This document shows positions 1 to 8,345 of a DNA stretch of 44,121 bases, piece by piece. Numbering within the stretch: the stretch's first letter is position 1; every line of letters begins with the position of its first letter. The DNA is taken from assembly GCA_964549305.1 (NCBI GenBank), contig CAZJVM010000017.1:1-44121 (forward strand), given 5' to 3'. Position numbers and translations under genes: made by a program. The stretch is from an uncultured bacterium. Lineage in GTDB: Bacteria > Schekmanbacteria > GWA2-38-11 > J061. The notes beneath the pieces were generated by a model, which was not told the origin of the DNA, did no database searches, and saw only the letters and a program-made list of their open reading frames with translations.

Positions 1-91
1 TTTGAGTTAAAAAAATCCTCTCTTTTCGTCTGCCCCGGTTCATTATATGATACCACGCCCCGGGATATGATATGCGTAATGGTCTGGTCAT
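1..91 (-). mobile_element. 5' end of a REP-associated tyrosine (HUH/Y1, RAYT/IS200-like) transposase gene, running off the left edge
   Basis: The reverse complement from ATG at 91 reads MTRPLRISYPGAWYHIMNRGRRKERIFLTQ, the typical N-terminus (M-x-R-x-x-R...G..YH...RG) of RAYT-type Y1 transposases. Absent from the ORF track because it is truncated. Confidence 0.85.
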
Positions 92-99
92 AGGTTAGA

Positions 100-144
100 A
101 ATATGTCACATCCAACCACAAAAGTCAAAAGCAGACTTGACCCC
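100..144 (-). promoter_or_regulatory. Putative transposase promoter embedded in a GGGGTCAAGTCT terminal-like motif
   Basis: Minus strand: GGGGTCAAGTCT (144-133), then TTGACT (128-123)-17 nt-CATATT (105-100), ending 8 nt before the ATG with no Shine-Dalgarno. Small AAGTC/GACTT inverted repeat at 122-138. Confidence 0.5.
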
Positions 145-168
145 TTTTTCTTAGATCGTTAATTCCGG

Positions 169-207
169 TTGACATCTGACATATCAACACATATAATTAC
201 ACATATA
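169..207 (+). promoter_or_regulatory. Consensus sigma-70 promoter of the TA operon with direct-repeat operator candidates
   Basis: TTGACA (169-174)-17 nt-TATAAT (192-197); ACACATATA repeated at 187-195 and 199-207; AAGGAG RBS before the ATG at 234. Confidence 0.8.
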
Positions 208-233
208 TTATACTTTCACAAGGAGAGACTTCA

Positions 234-464
234 ATGGGTCAGGTTACCATCTATTTAGAGGATAAAATTGAGGAAAAAATGCGCAAAACCGCAAAGTCCA
301 ACAATATGTCTCAAAGTAAATGGATTGCAAAATTGATAAAAGAAAAAATATCGGATGAATGGCCGGAATCTGTCTTGGATCTTGCAGGTGCGTGGAATGA
401 CCTGACTCCTGCAGAAAAGATTAGAAAATCCACAGGCAGAGATGCCAAGCGCGAGAAACTGTAA
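234..464 (+). CDS. vapB: Antitoxin, CopG/ribbon-helix-helix type (VapB)
   Basis: 76 aa; N-terminal beta-strand QVTIYL followed by two helices; TAATG stop/start overlap with a PIN toxin. Confidence 0.85.
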   Translation: MGQVTIYLEDKIEEKMRKTAKSNNMSQSKWIAKLIKEKISDEWPESVLDLAGAWNDLTPAEKIRKSTGRDAKREKL

Positions 465-856
465 TGTATGTGTTAGACACAAACACCATAATTTATTTCT
501 TTAAAGGAGTTGGTAGTGTCGCTGTCAGTCTATTTAGTAAATCTCCTAAAGAAATAGGAATTCCATCTGTTGTCTTATATGAACTGGAAGTAGGCATCGC
601 AAAATCATCGTCTCCAAAAAAAAGGATGAAACAGCTTGAAGATTTAACCTCTATTGTAAACATTTTGAATTTTACAGAAAAAGAAGCCAAAATCACTGCT
701 ATGATTAGGTCAAATTTGGAAAAAAGAGGTATTCCTATAGGTCCCTTTGATACCTTAATTGCGGGCACTGCCTTAGCCCGGCAAGGGATACTTGTCACGC
801 ACAACAGAAAAGAATTTAATCGGATAAAAAATCTGCAGATTGAGGACTGGTATTAA
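464..856 (+). CDS. vapC: PIN-domain ribonuclease toxin VapC
   Basis: 130 aa; motifs YVLDTN, LYELEVG, IGPFDTLIAGTAL, LVTHNRKEF, IEDW. Confidence 0.95.
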   Translation: MYVLDTNTIIYFFKGVGSVAVSLFSKSPKEIGIPSVVLYELEVGIAKSSSPKKRMKQLEDLTSIVNILNFTEKEAKITAMIRSNLEKRGIPIGPFDTLIAGTALARQGILVTHNRKEFNRIKNLQIEDWY

Positions 857-870
857 TAAAGATTAACAAC

Positions 871-976
871 GGACACTAGCAGATGAGTGCACCTACAGCA
901 CCCCTTCCTGATGTTTTTCATCGATTCAAATCATACACAACCACATACCGTATACAATTTAATTGGTGCAAATCAA
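871..976 (+). pseudogene. Remnant of a second RAYT-like transposase with a degenerate GTAG-type REP
   Basis: 904-942 translates LPDVFHRFKSYTT, resembling the C-terminal L.D.V..FKS.TT segment of RAYTs. 871-897 on the minus strand reads TGTAGGTGCAC...GTGTCC, an imperfect GTAG-tagged hairpin. Confidence 0.5.
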
Positions 977-987
977 GTCGCATCTTA

Positions 988-1026
988 AATCCAGCTCTCT
1001 GGATTCCGCATCAAGTGCGGAATGAC
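988..1026 (-). repeat. REP-like palindrome GTCATTCCGCACTTGATGCGGAATCCAG
   Basis: Perfect 8-bp stem ATTCCGCA (1003-1010)/TGCGGAAT (1016-1023) with a GTC tag and ATCCAG tail. An extra AATCCAG/CTGGATT inverted repeat (988-1005) suggests a decayed partner copy. Lies between the convergent vapC and PEP-CTERM genes. Confidence 0.7.
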
Positions 1027-1049
1027 TGGTGCGAGGCATATAACAATAA

Positions 1050-1688
1050 TTAGGTGAGGTGTTTCCGGAAGATTATCAATCCGGCTATACTGCCACAAAA
1101 AAGAATAACTGTAGAGGGTTCAGGAACGGGCAGAGAACTCGGTCCGGTTTCATCAGTTAGAAGGATATTATCAAAATAGGCGTCTCCCGGAATCCCTGCT
1201 GATCCTGACCAATCTTCAAGCGTTAAATTAATACTGTTGATATCGCTAAAAGAAATCACTACATGTTCCCACTGATTTGTGTCAGGAAGTAAATCAGGGT
1301 AGGGTCCACCCGTTCCCCCTAACCAGACTGATGCACCTCCACTTGAATAACCGTAACCGATAAAACCGCCAAGATTTCCATCTAAACCCGGACCGGAATC
1401 AAGACCTAAATAATCAAAGGAAAGGATAAAATTTCCGGTTAATGAAGAAAAAGTATTTATAGTAAAAATATCACCACCCATATTTAATGCCGTAAAATTC
1501 AAAACGCTATTTGTCGGAATAAAAGGGTCTGAAATAATCTGACCATTATGCCCACCACCACTCTTTCCTGTCCAGCTTGTTAATCCCGACTCAAAATCTT
1601 CATAAAAAAGAGTTGTGGCATTTGTTGTTCCAGTTAAAAGAAGGATAAAAAATCCAATTGCAATTACCAAACCCGGTTTAATTTTCAT
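1050..1688 (-). CDS. PEP-CTERM sorting-domain surface protein
   Basis: N-terminal signal peptide, Ser/Thr/Gly-rich body, C-terminal VPEPSTVILFCGSIAGLIIFRKH (PEP, TM helix, basic tail). ATG at 1688 after AGAGG; the ORF track starts one codon earlier at TTG 1691. Confidence 0.93.
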   Translation of the reverse strand: MKIKPGLVIAIGFFILLLTGTTNATTLFYEDFESGLTSWTGKSGGGHNGQIISDPFIPTNSVLNFTALNMGGDIFTINTFSSLTGNFILSFDYLGLDSGPGLDGNLGGFIGYGYSSGGASVWLGGTGGPYPDLLPDTNQWEHVVISFSDINSINLTLEDWSGSAGIPGDAYFDNILLTDETGPSSLPVPEPSTVILFCGSIAGLIIFRKHLT

Positions 1689-1725
1689 CAATTTTCCTCT
1701 GTAATTTTTTTATATATTAAAGATA

Positions 1726-1741
1726 TGCAATTATTGTGCCA
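1726..1741 (-). promoter_or_regulatory. Sigma-54 (-24/-12) promoter of the PEP-CTERM gene
   Basis: Minus strand TGGCAC-AATAA-TTGCA, an exact match to the RpoN consensus, ~40 nt upstream of the start codon. Confidence 0.9.
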
Positions 1742-1769
1742 AAGTGTTTCAGCAGAGATTGCTTTAACT

Positions 1770-1782
1770 TAACACATTGATA
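1770..1782 (-). promoter_or_regulatory. IHF-binding site between enhancer and sigma-54 promoter
   Basis: Minus strand TATCAA-TGTG-TTA matches WATCAANNNNTTR; a one-mismatch copy ATTCAA-TGGG-TTA lies at 1877-1889. Confidence 0.65.
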
Positions 1783-1839
1783 TTTAATACAATATTAAAT
1801 CAAGGAAGAAAAGGAACTTTGGTTCATATATCTCAAAAG

Positions 1840-1922
1840 TGTCTAATAATCCGACAGATGATTTTAACAATTTGACTAACCCATTGAATTAATAAGATAA
1901 ATTACTGTCTAAAAAACCGACA
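1840..1922. promoter_or_regulatory. Two 17-bp TGT-N11-ACA enhancer boxes (PEP-CTERM-box/PrsR-type)
   Basis: TGTCTAATAATCCGACA (1840-1856) and TGTCTAAAAAACCGACA (1906-1922), 15/17 identical and 66 bp apart, ~100-180 bp upstream of the sigma-54 site. Confidence 0.75.
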
Positions 1923-1956
1923 TATATATTGCCGTGTCCGCATAAACTGCTTACAG

Positions 1957-3474
1957 CTATAACTTGGTTATTTGAATAATAGTATTTTTTGCGGGATCAA
2001 AAGCAAAGACCATATTTCGCGGATCCGGCAAAAGAGATTTTAAATCTTCGAGAGTAATCTCAGATTCATAGACACATTGCCACGGAGTATTTTTAAGCTT
2101 CAGGAGTTTTAGTGAATATGCCTGATTTTTATCCGACAATTTCAATGCTTCTCTGAAACCGTTTCTTAAGATGTATGCCGGAAAAAAGGAATTCGCAGAC
2201 TGCCTGCTGTCAGGTATATTGACAAAGAAAAGTCTCTTGCCGGAATTATCACTTAAATTAATATTTGCACCCGAGATTATATTTTTAACGGTTATCGATG
2301 AATTGTGCCACTCTTCCTTTCTATCATTAATAAAAGAAATTCCCGGCGCCACAATCGCCAACAAAATCATAAATGAAAAGAGCAGAGAGATGATTTCCTT
2401 ACTTTTATCAACAGTCTCAACCCTTTCAATATTATCAGGATTCTTCTTTGCAAATTTATCCGATAGCATTTGCGTCATTTTCACAATCACCGAAGCAAAA
2501 AAAACAGCCATACCCACTGAGGGCAAATAGAGATACCGCGCGGCGACTCCTGAGAAAACCTGTGTGGGAAGAAGGGTTATAAAAACCCAAAGCAGGAAAA
2601 AACGAGTACTTTTGGAAGAAAAAATAAAAGCCACCACTCCAAAGAGAAGGGAAAAAACGAGAGGATAATTTTTAACTGTTATGAGACTTTTTACTATCCA
2701 AAACTGGTTAGGAATGAAAAGCATCAGGAGAGAATTGTGATAAAAGTGAAGAATATTCTCAATAAGGTGCGGTTTAAAGGTGCCTCGATTTGCAACAACA
2801 GAAAAGATTAATGCAATCAGAATAAAGGGAATATATCTCACCGACTCTTTGAGATTTTCGTGAAAGCTTTTTCCGCGGGTTACGCTTTCGAAAAAGATAA
2901 AGTCATAGAGTAAAAAAATGACAACTAAAGTAATTGACTCCTCCTTTGTAAGAAGACTCATTGAAAAGAATATAAACGCGAAGCAGTAATAATATGTTTT
3001 TCTTCGGTTCATATACTTTATAAAAAAAAACAGAGATAGCAGATAGAATAAAACCATTAAACTCGTGTGCAATCCGCTAATCCATATTACCGACTCATAA
3101 TGCAGATAGTAAGAGGCAAAAATTATTGATGAAACCAGAGCAATCGTTTCATTTTTTGTAACTTTTCCCGCAAGAAGGTAAACGAGCAAACTGTTTATCC
3201 CATGGCACAGCAGAGTAACAAGATGCCACCAAAAGGGATTCATCCCGAATAGGAGAAATTCAAGATAGAAAACGACTAAGAGAAGAGGCGAATAATGCCA
3301 CTGAGGATTGTTTGCAGTGGAAAAGAAAGACAGGAAAAGCGCATTTTCTCTGCCTGCCAAAATCAGACTGAAATCATCGCTGATGAAATAATCACCGAGT
3401 GAATCAAAATAAATCAAAAGCGGGAATGACAGGGCAATTAAGAAGTATAATAGCTTATGTTTACTATTTATCAT
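1957..3474 (-). CDS. GT-C fold integral-membrane glycosyltransferase (ArnT/PMT/TMTC-like)
   Basis: 505 aa polytopic protein; YFISDDF acidic pair after TM1, YSPL, HLVTLLCHGINSLLVYLL, HYESVIWISG, LLTKEESI, RYLYLPS motifs. Confidence 0.8.
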   Translation of the reverse strand: MINSKHKLLYFLIALSFPLLIYFDSLGDYFISDDFSLILAGRENALFLSFFSTANNPQWHYSPLLLVVFYLEFLLFGMNPFWWHLVTLLCHGINSLLVYLLAGKVTKNETIALVSSIIFASYYLHYESVIWISGLHTSLMVLFYLLSLFFFIKYMNRRKTYYYCFAFIFFSMSLLTKEESITLVVIFLLYDFIFFESVTRGKSFHENLKESVRYIPFILIALIFSVVANRGTFKPHLIENILHFYHNSLLMLFIPNQFWIVKSLITVKNYPLVFSLLFGVVAFIFSSKSTRFFLLWVFITLLPTQVFSGVAARYLYLPSVGMAVFFASVIVKMTQMLSDKFAKKNPDNIERVETVDKSKEIISLLFSFMILLAIVAPGISFINDRKEEWHNSSITVKNIISGANINLSDNSGKRLFFVNIPDSRQSANSFFPAYILRNGFREALKLSDKNQAYSLKLLKLKNTPWQCVYESEITLEDLKSLLPDPRNMVFAFDPAKNTIIQITKL

Positions 3475-3731
3475 TATATCGCATTTATTTTGCTATTTTT
3501 ATATTGGTATTTATATCATATAAATTAATTTTAGGAAATTTTTAATTATTTTTGTCTATAAAGAAGCAGAGGTGTTGACTGCGCAACATTGCAGATTTTG
3601 GCATCTTATGACAACAGGAGGGCAACTAAAAAATATACGGAGGATGGCAGTAACTCTCATTGAAAACCTGCACAGGCTTTGACATCATAAAAAGAAAAAT
3701 TGCCTTTCGAAAAACAAACGAAGATAGAAAA

Positions 3732-3900
3732 ATGTCTGACTTGCTGTAAAAAGATGTGTGGGATATTTTAACTTACCCCTACTGCGCGTATGCTTTGAGA
3801 AAAACAGAAGAAGGGGCAAATTGTGAAAACTGCAATCAACATTTTAAATACACCGGGTACCGGATCGGGCGCTTTGGATTTGCGTCTTCACAAAATGTAG
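3732..3900 (+). pseudogene. Disrupted Trm112-like Zn-ribbon N-terminus, probably of a SAM methyltransferase
   Basis: ATG 3732: MSDLL*KDVWDILTYPYCAYALRKTEEGANCENCNQHFKYT. An ACCGG-GT-ACCGG duplication (3852-3863) then shifts the frame; removing 7 nt restores GSGALDLRL. Confidence 0.5.
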
Positions 3901-3930
3901 TGGAAGACAGGAGGTTTGATTAACAGCAAA

Positions 3931-4157
3931 GCATCATCAGCCTCCGCCACAGGGTTTCAGTGATTTCTTTATCATAGGTTCCGGTACAGGTCCTGTGCCA
4001 ACATATCCTTACATAACGGAAGAACCACCCCGGGGGTGGAAAGCATAACGCAAAAACAGCCGAGCAAACACCACCCGTCCCAGAACCATCTACGGCATTG
4101 CTTATTTTTAGCGGACTTCTTGGGATATTCTTTTATGGTAAAAAATTCAGAAATTGA
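3931..4157 (+). pseudogene. Frameshifted 3' remnant of a second PEP-CTERM gene
   Basis: 4071-4157 translates PPVPEPSTALLIFSGLLGIFFYGKKFRN*. There is an in-frame stop at 4014-4016, and upstream Ser/Thr/Gly/Pro-rich pieces lie in other frames. Confidence 0.8.
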
Positions 4158-4203
4158 AAGTAGTCAGAAATTAAATTAAAAAATTGGGAAGTTGCGGAAT
4201 ATT

Positions 4204-6381
4204 CTAATTGATATAGCCCAGAGCGCGAAGCTGGTTTTTCGTTTCCCTGTCTATCTTCAAACTTTCCGCCTTAACTGACGTTTCATTTATATGTTTTATA
4301 ATGGGAAACATCTCTGACTTCAATTCTTTTACCTTGTCCGCATTAGAACTCTTCACATCGACATATTCCCTGTTGTCTTTCTGCAAATCGAAGAAAAGGT
4401 CATAGACAAATCCTGGATTATTGGAATCAGCATTTTTTCTGTAATATATATATTTATAATCGCCTTTTCTTAAAGCCCATATTTGAATCAGACCTTCCAG
4501 TTTTTCCAGCTGATGAAAAACGTAATCTCTTTCTTCTTCCGTTTTTTTATTAATGAGAGGATAAAGACTTTGCCCTTCAAAATCCCCCTTATACTTTATA
4601 TTTAGCATATCAAGGATAGTCGGAAACAGGTCAACGGTACAGGCATGGTATCCGATTATCTGATTCTTATCTATAATTTTGGGTAAACGAATAATCAATG
4701 GAACGGATATTTCTTCATTATATAAGGTCGTGCCATGCTCTCTGTTATTATGTTCGAGAAAAGCTTCGCCATGGTCTGCGGTTAATATTACCAGGGTCTT
4801 TTTGCCAAGTCCTAAATCATCCACTGTTTTCAGAATCCGTCCTATATAAAAATCGACAAAATTAATTAAGCTGTCATATAAGACCATATTGAGATCATTC
4901 ATATTTCGCTTATCAACTCCGTTTTTAAATTTATTGAAGTTGCCTTCAGGAGGATCATAGGGAGCATGAACATCATTATAGTGCAAATAAAGAAAAAAGT
5001 TTGCGCCGGAATTTTTTTTAATCCAAATTGAAGCTAAATTATTTATATTTTCGGCAGACATTTTTTTCTTACGGATGCTGAAAGCCCTCGAAATATCATC
5101 TATGGCTCCGAATATGAGGCTGTTATTTAAATTGTGATACTTCCTTTTTGTGTATAGCTTGTCATAGTAAAAATCGAAGCCCTGATTGAAATTAAATATT
5201 TTTTTTATGTTCGGATTGCTTACGACTGCACCGGTTTTATATCCCTGCGCCTTCAGTATTTCAGAGAGGGTCGTCACTTTATCGGGAAGTTTGTCATTTA
5301 CGGTCAACGAATTGTGCTGTGAAGGATAAAGAGATGTAAACAATGACGCGACACTGGGTTTGGTCCAGGATGTATTTGAAAAACTGTTCCTGAATAAAAC
5401 CCCCTCTTTAGCCAGTTTGTCAATATTAGGGCTAATATCATTTTTGGAATATCCATAGCATGAAAGATGGTCAGACCTTAGGGTATCAATTGAAATCAGC
5501 AGTACATTGAATCGTTCTTTTCCCATTGCGATGGTTTCGGCATCTCCGTTTTCTTCCACCGATAAATGAATTTTTTCCTCGCGATTTATATAGTATCCGT
5601 AACAGGAAACAGAAATTGCGAGAATAATGACAAGGGGAAATAATATTTCCGACTTTGGCAAAAATGAGGAATTGTTTTTTGAAAAATCTCTTTTTTCGTT
5701 TTTAAATATCCTGTCAAACAGGACAAATGAAAAATATATTATTCCAAAAACAAATATCATCCGGATTACAAAACTTTTATTTGTATCCGCGAGCACATAA
5801 TAAATGTATCTGATTGAAACAGTTTTAAAAGAAAGGAATAAAGCGTCGTATACATTTAAACAGACGTTTAGAAAAAAAGTTGACGCAATAATGAAAAGGA
5901 AGTTCACAAAAAAATAAATTACATTCCCCCTGCCTGAATATTGAGTACATTTAGAGGAAAAATAAAATGACGATAGCCCAAACAAAAAACAGCATATAAT
6001 CAGAATTAAACAATTAAGTATGAGCGAATATTTAAAAATGACAATCGGCACTCTCTCTATTATTGGCATCCCCAATGAAATAAAAACCAACTGCGAATAA
6101 AAACCCCAAAAAATCAGCATTTCTTTCCATCTTTTTTCCACAAGACTCTTATTTTCATAAGAGCGCCAAAACAAAAAAACAAAAGCGAGAGGCGCAACTG
6201 AAAGAATCGTAAACCCGGCAATGTTGGCAGATAACAATATCGCGCACTGAATTAATACATCTTTCACGGTTGCTTCGGGGATATTTATGTACCTGGCAAT
6301 TTCAGTCAGGCAAAAAAGAAAAGAGAAGAAAAACAATAAAGAGAAATATTTTTTGAGAAAAAAGATTTTTTGCATAAACAT
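4204..6381 (-). CDS. Membrane-anchored sulfatase/alkaline-phosphatase-superfamily enzyme
   Basis: N-terminal multi-TM region, then ISIDTLRSDHL, SWTKPSVASLFTS, HYNDVHAPYDPP, TADHGE, HGTTLY and a C-terminal QLRALGYI. Confidence 0.88.
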   Translation of the reverse strand: MFMQKIFFLKKYFSLLFFFSFLFCLTEIARYINIPEATVKDVLIQCAILLSANIAGFTILSVAPLAFVFLFWRSYENKSLVEKRWKEMLIFWGFYSQLVFISLGMPIIERVPIVIFKYSLILNCLILIICCFLFGLSSFYFSSKCTQYSGRGNVIYFFVNFLFIIASTFFLNVCLNVYDALFLSFKTVSIRYIYYVLADTNKSFVIRMIFVFGIIYFSFVLFDRIFKNEKRDFSKNNSSFLPKSEILFPLVIILAISVSCYGYYINREEKIHLSVEENGDAETIAMGKERFNVLLISIDTLRSDHLSCYGYSKNDISPNIDKLAKEGVLFRNSFSNTSWTKPSVASLFTSLYPSQHNSLTVNDKLPDKVTTLSEILKAQGYKTGAVVSNPNIKKIFNFNQGFDFYYDKLYTKRKYHNLNNSLIFGAIDDISRAFSIRKKKMSAENINNLASIWIKKNSGANFFLYLHYNDVHAPYDPPEGNFNKFKNGVDKRNMNDLNMVLYDSLINFVDFYIGRILKTVDDLGLGKKTLVILTADHGEAFLEHNNREHGTTLYNEEISVPLIIRLPKIIDKNQIIGYHACTVDLFPTILDMLNIKYKGDFEGQSLYPLINKKTEEERDYVFHQLEKLEGLIQIWALRKGDYKYIYYRKNADSNNPGFVYDLFFDLQKDNREYVDVKSSNADKVKELKSEMFPIIKHINETSVKAESLKIDRETKNQLRALGYIN

Positions 6382-6521
6382 ATAAAGAGTTGAACGTTAA
6401 TATTCAATGCTATGAGCTATATCTATGCTTTTTGTATTATTTCACAAGTTAAATATCATGATAAGAGGGCTTGTGCGATAACTTTACTTTAAAAGAAAAA
6501 TCCAACGCGCTTACAGATTTT

Positions 6522-8345
6522 TTATGCCTTATCTTTCTTTTTTGCCTGCGCCCGCTTTACTGCGTCCAATTCCATTTTGCGCAGTCGGACAATCTTCGGG
6601 GTAACTTCCACCAGTTCGTCTTCTGCTATAAATTCAATCGACTGGTCAAGGGAAAGCTTTCGCGGAGGGCGAAGAGGAATGGTAATATCAGCGTGCGCGG
6701 CGCGAAGGTTTGTAAGCTTTTTCTCTTTCGTAATGTTTACGGTCAAATCTCCGGAACGGTTTCTTTCGCCTACAATCATTCCCGCGTAGACCTCGGTACC
6801 GGGTTCGATAAATAGTTCTCCCCTGTCAACCATTCCGAGACTCGCATAGGCGGTTGTCCTTCCTTTTCTGTCTGCGACAATTGCACCGTTTATTCTATGG
6901 GGAATGAAACCGAACCATTCATCGTACCCCTCGAAAAATGTATTCATTATTCCCGCGCCCTTTGTTTCCGTAATAAAACGGCTTCTGAATCCTATCAATC
7001 CTCTTGAGGGAACTACAAACTCCATAGTTGCCCTGCCGTATCCGTGATTCTGCATATTCGTCATTCTGCCCATTCTCTTAGACAGGGCTTCGGTAACCGC
7101 TCCGATATGCACTTCCGGAATATCGATGAGAACTCTTTCTACCGGCTCTGTGATTTTGCCGTCCTTTTCAACGGTAATTACACGCGGTTTTGAAACCATC
7201 AGCTCATAACCCTCCCGGCGCATTGTCTCGATGAGTATTGCCATCTGAAGCTCGCCTCTTCCGCAAACTTCAAAAGCATCGGGACGGTCTGTTTCACGCA
7301 CCTGAAGCGAAACATTGCCGAGCACTTCCTTCTGAAGTCTTTCCCTCAAGTGTCTTGAAGATAAAAATTCTCCATCCAGTCCGGAAAAAGGACCGTTATT
7401 GACATGAAAAATCATAGATATTGTGGGCGCGTCAATCTTTATGCGCGGAAGGGGCAGAGGGTCTTCTTCCGAAGATATTGTATCTCCGATTTTGATCTCT
7501 TTCACTCCGGAAATTGCAACTATGTCGCCGGATTCAAGCTCTTCCACCTGTTTTTTCTGCAATCCCTGAAAAGTGTAACAGGCAGAAAATTTTATTCCTC
7601 GCGTTATATTTTTTTCTCCGCACAAACTGTAGGTTTTGTTCATTTGAAGAATTCCGCTGCAAAGTTTCCCTATGGCAACCTGCCCCACATAAGGGTCATA
7701 TGCAAGATTGGTAACAAGAAACTGCGAAGTGCTGTCATCATTTGCCTCAGGTCCGGGAATCCTTGAAACAATGGTTTTCAGAAGAGGGCGTAAATCGGTG
7801 GAGTCATCGGAAAGCTCGTTGTGAGCAACTCCTGCTTTTGCATTGGTATATAAAATCGGAAAATCTATCTGCTCCTCATTCGCATCGAGGTCTATGAAGA
7901 GGTCATACACCTCATCGATAACTTCCGTGATTCTTGCGTCGGGACGATCGATTTTATTTATGACAAGAATAATCGGAAGCTTTTTAGCCAACGCTTTTTT
8001 AACCACAAAGCGAGTCTGAGGCAAAGGTCCCTCACTTGCATCAACGAGAAGAAGAGCGCCATCGGCAAGATTGAGACTTCTTTCCACTTCGCCTCCGAAA
8101 TCTGCATGCCCCGGAGTATCTACAATATTTATCTTTACATCTCCGAAATAGACAGAAGTGTTTTTAGCCATTATCGTAATACCACGCTCACGCTCAAGGT
8201 CCATCGAATCCATTACACGAACTGCTACTTCCTGATTCTCCCGAAAGGTTCCGCTCTGCTTGAGCATACCGTCAATGAGCGTAGTCTTCCCGTGGTCAAC
8301 ATGGGCGATAATGGCTATATTTCTGAATTTGTCTTTCCTCTTCAT
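6522..8345 (-). CDS. typA: Translational GTPase TypA/BipA
   Basis: [55 protein letters not shown]. Start placed at ATG 8345 (MKRKDKFRN). Confidence 0.97.
   Translation of the reverse strand: MKRKDKFRNIAIIAHVDHGKTTLIDGMLKQSGTFRENQEVAVRVMDSMDLERERGITIMAKNTSVYFGDVKINIVDTPGHADFGGEVERSLNLADGALLLVDASEGPLPQTRFVVKKALAKKLPIILVINKIDRPDARITEVIDEVYDLFIDLDANEEQIDFPILYTNAKAGVAHNELSDDSTDLRPLLKTIVSRIPGPEANDDSTSQFLVTNLAYDPYVGQVAIGKLCSGILQMNKTYSLCGEKNITRGIKFSACYTFQGLQKKQVEELESGDIVAISGVKEIKIGDTISSEEDPLPLPRIKIDAPTISMIFHVNNGPFSGLDGEFLSSRHLRERLQKEVLGNVSLQVRETDRPDAFEVCGRGELQMAILIETMRREGYELMVSKPRVITVEKDGKITEPVERVLIDIPEVHIGAVTEALSKRMGRMTNMQNHGYGRATMEFVVPSRGLIGFRSRFITETKGAGIMNTFFEGYDEWFGFIPHRINGAIVADRKGRTTAYASLGMVDRGELFIEPGTEVYAGMIVGERNRSGDLTVNITKEKKLTNLRAAHADITIPLRPPRKLSLDQSIEFIAEDELVEVTPKIVRLRKMELDAVKRAQAKKKDKA

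Noticed and set aside
857..1049. Integron attC site after vapC (TAAC motifs at 864 and 1041)
   Set aside because: No complementary GTTRRRY end or attC-like long imperfect palindrome; the region is better explained by REP/RAYT debris.
3022..3030. A9 tract in the GT-C gene as a phase-variation switch
   Set aside because: Encodes a Phe run in a TM helix; A/T runs of 7-9 are common throughout this AT-rich window.
3639..3690. Fluoride-riboswitch-like string GATGG...AACC...GCT.TGAC
   Set aside because: The P1 and pseudoknot pairings do not form properly, and there is no fluoride-related gene downstream.
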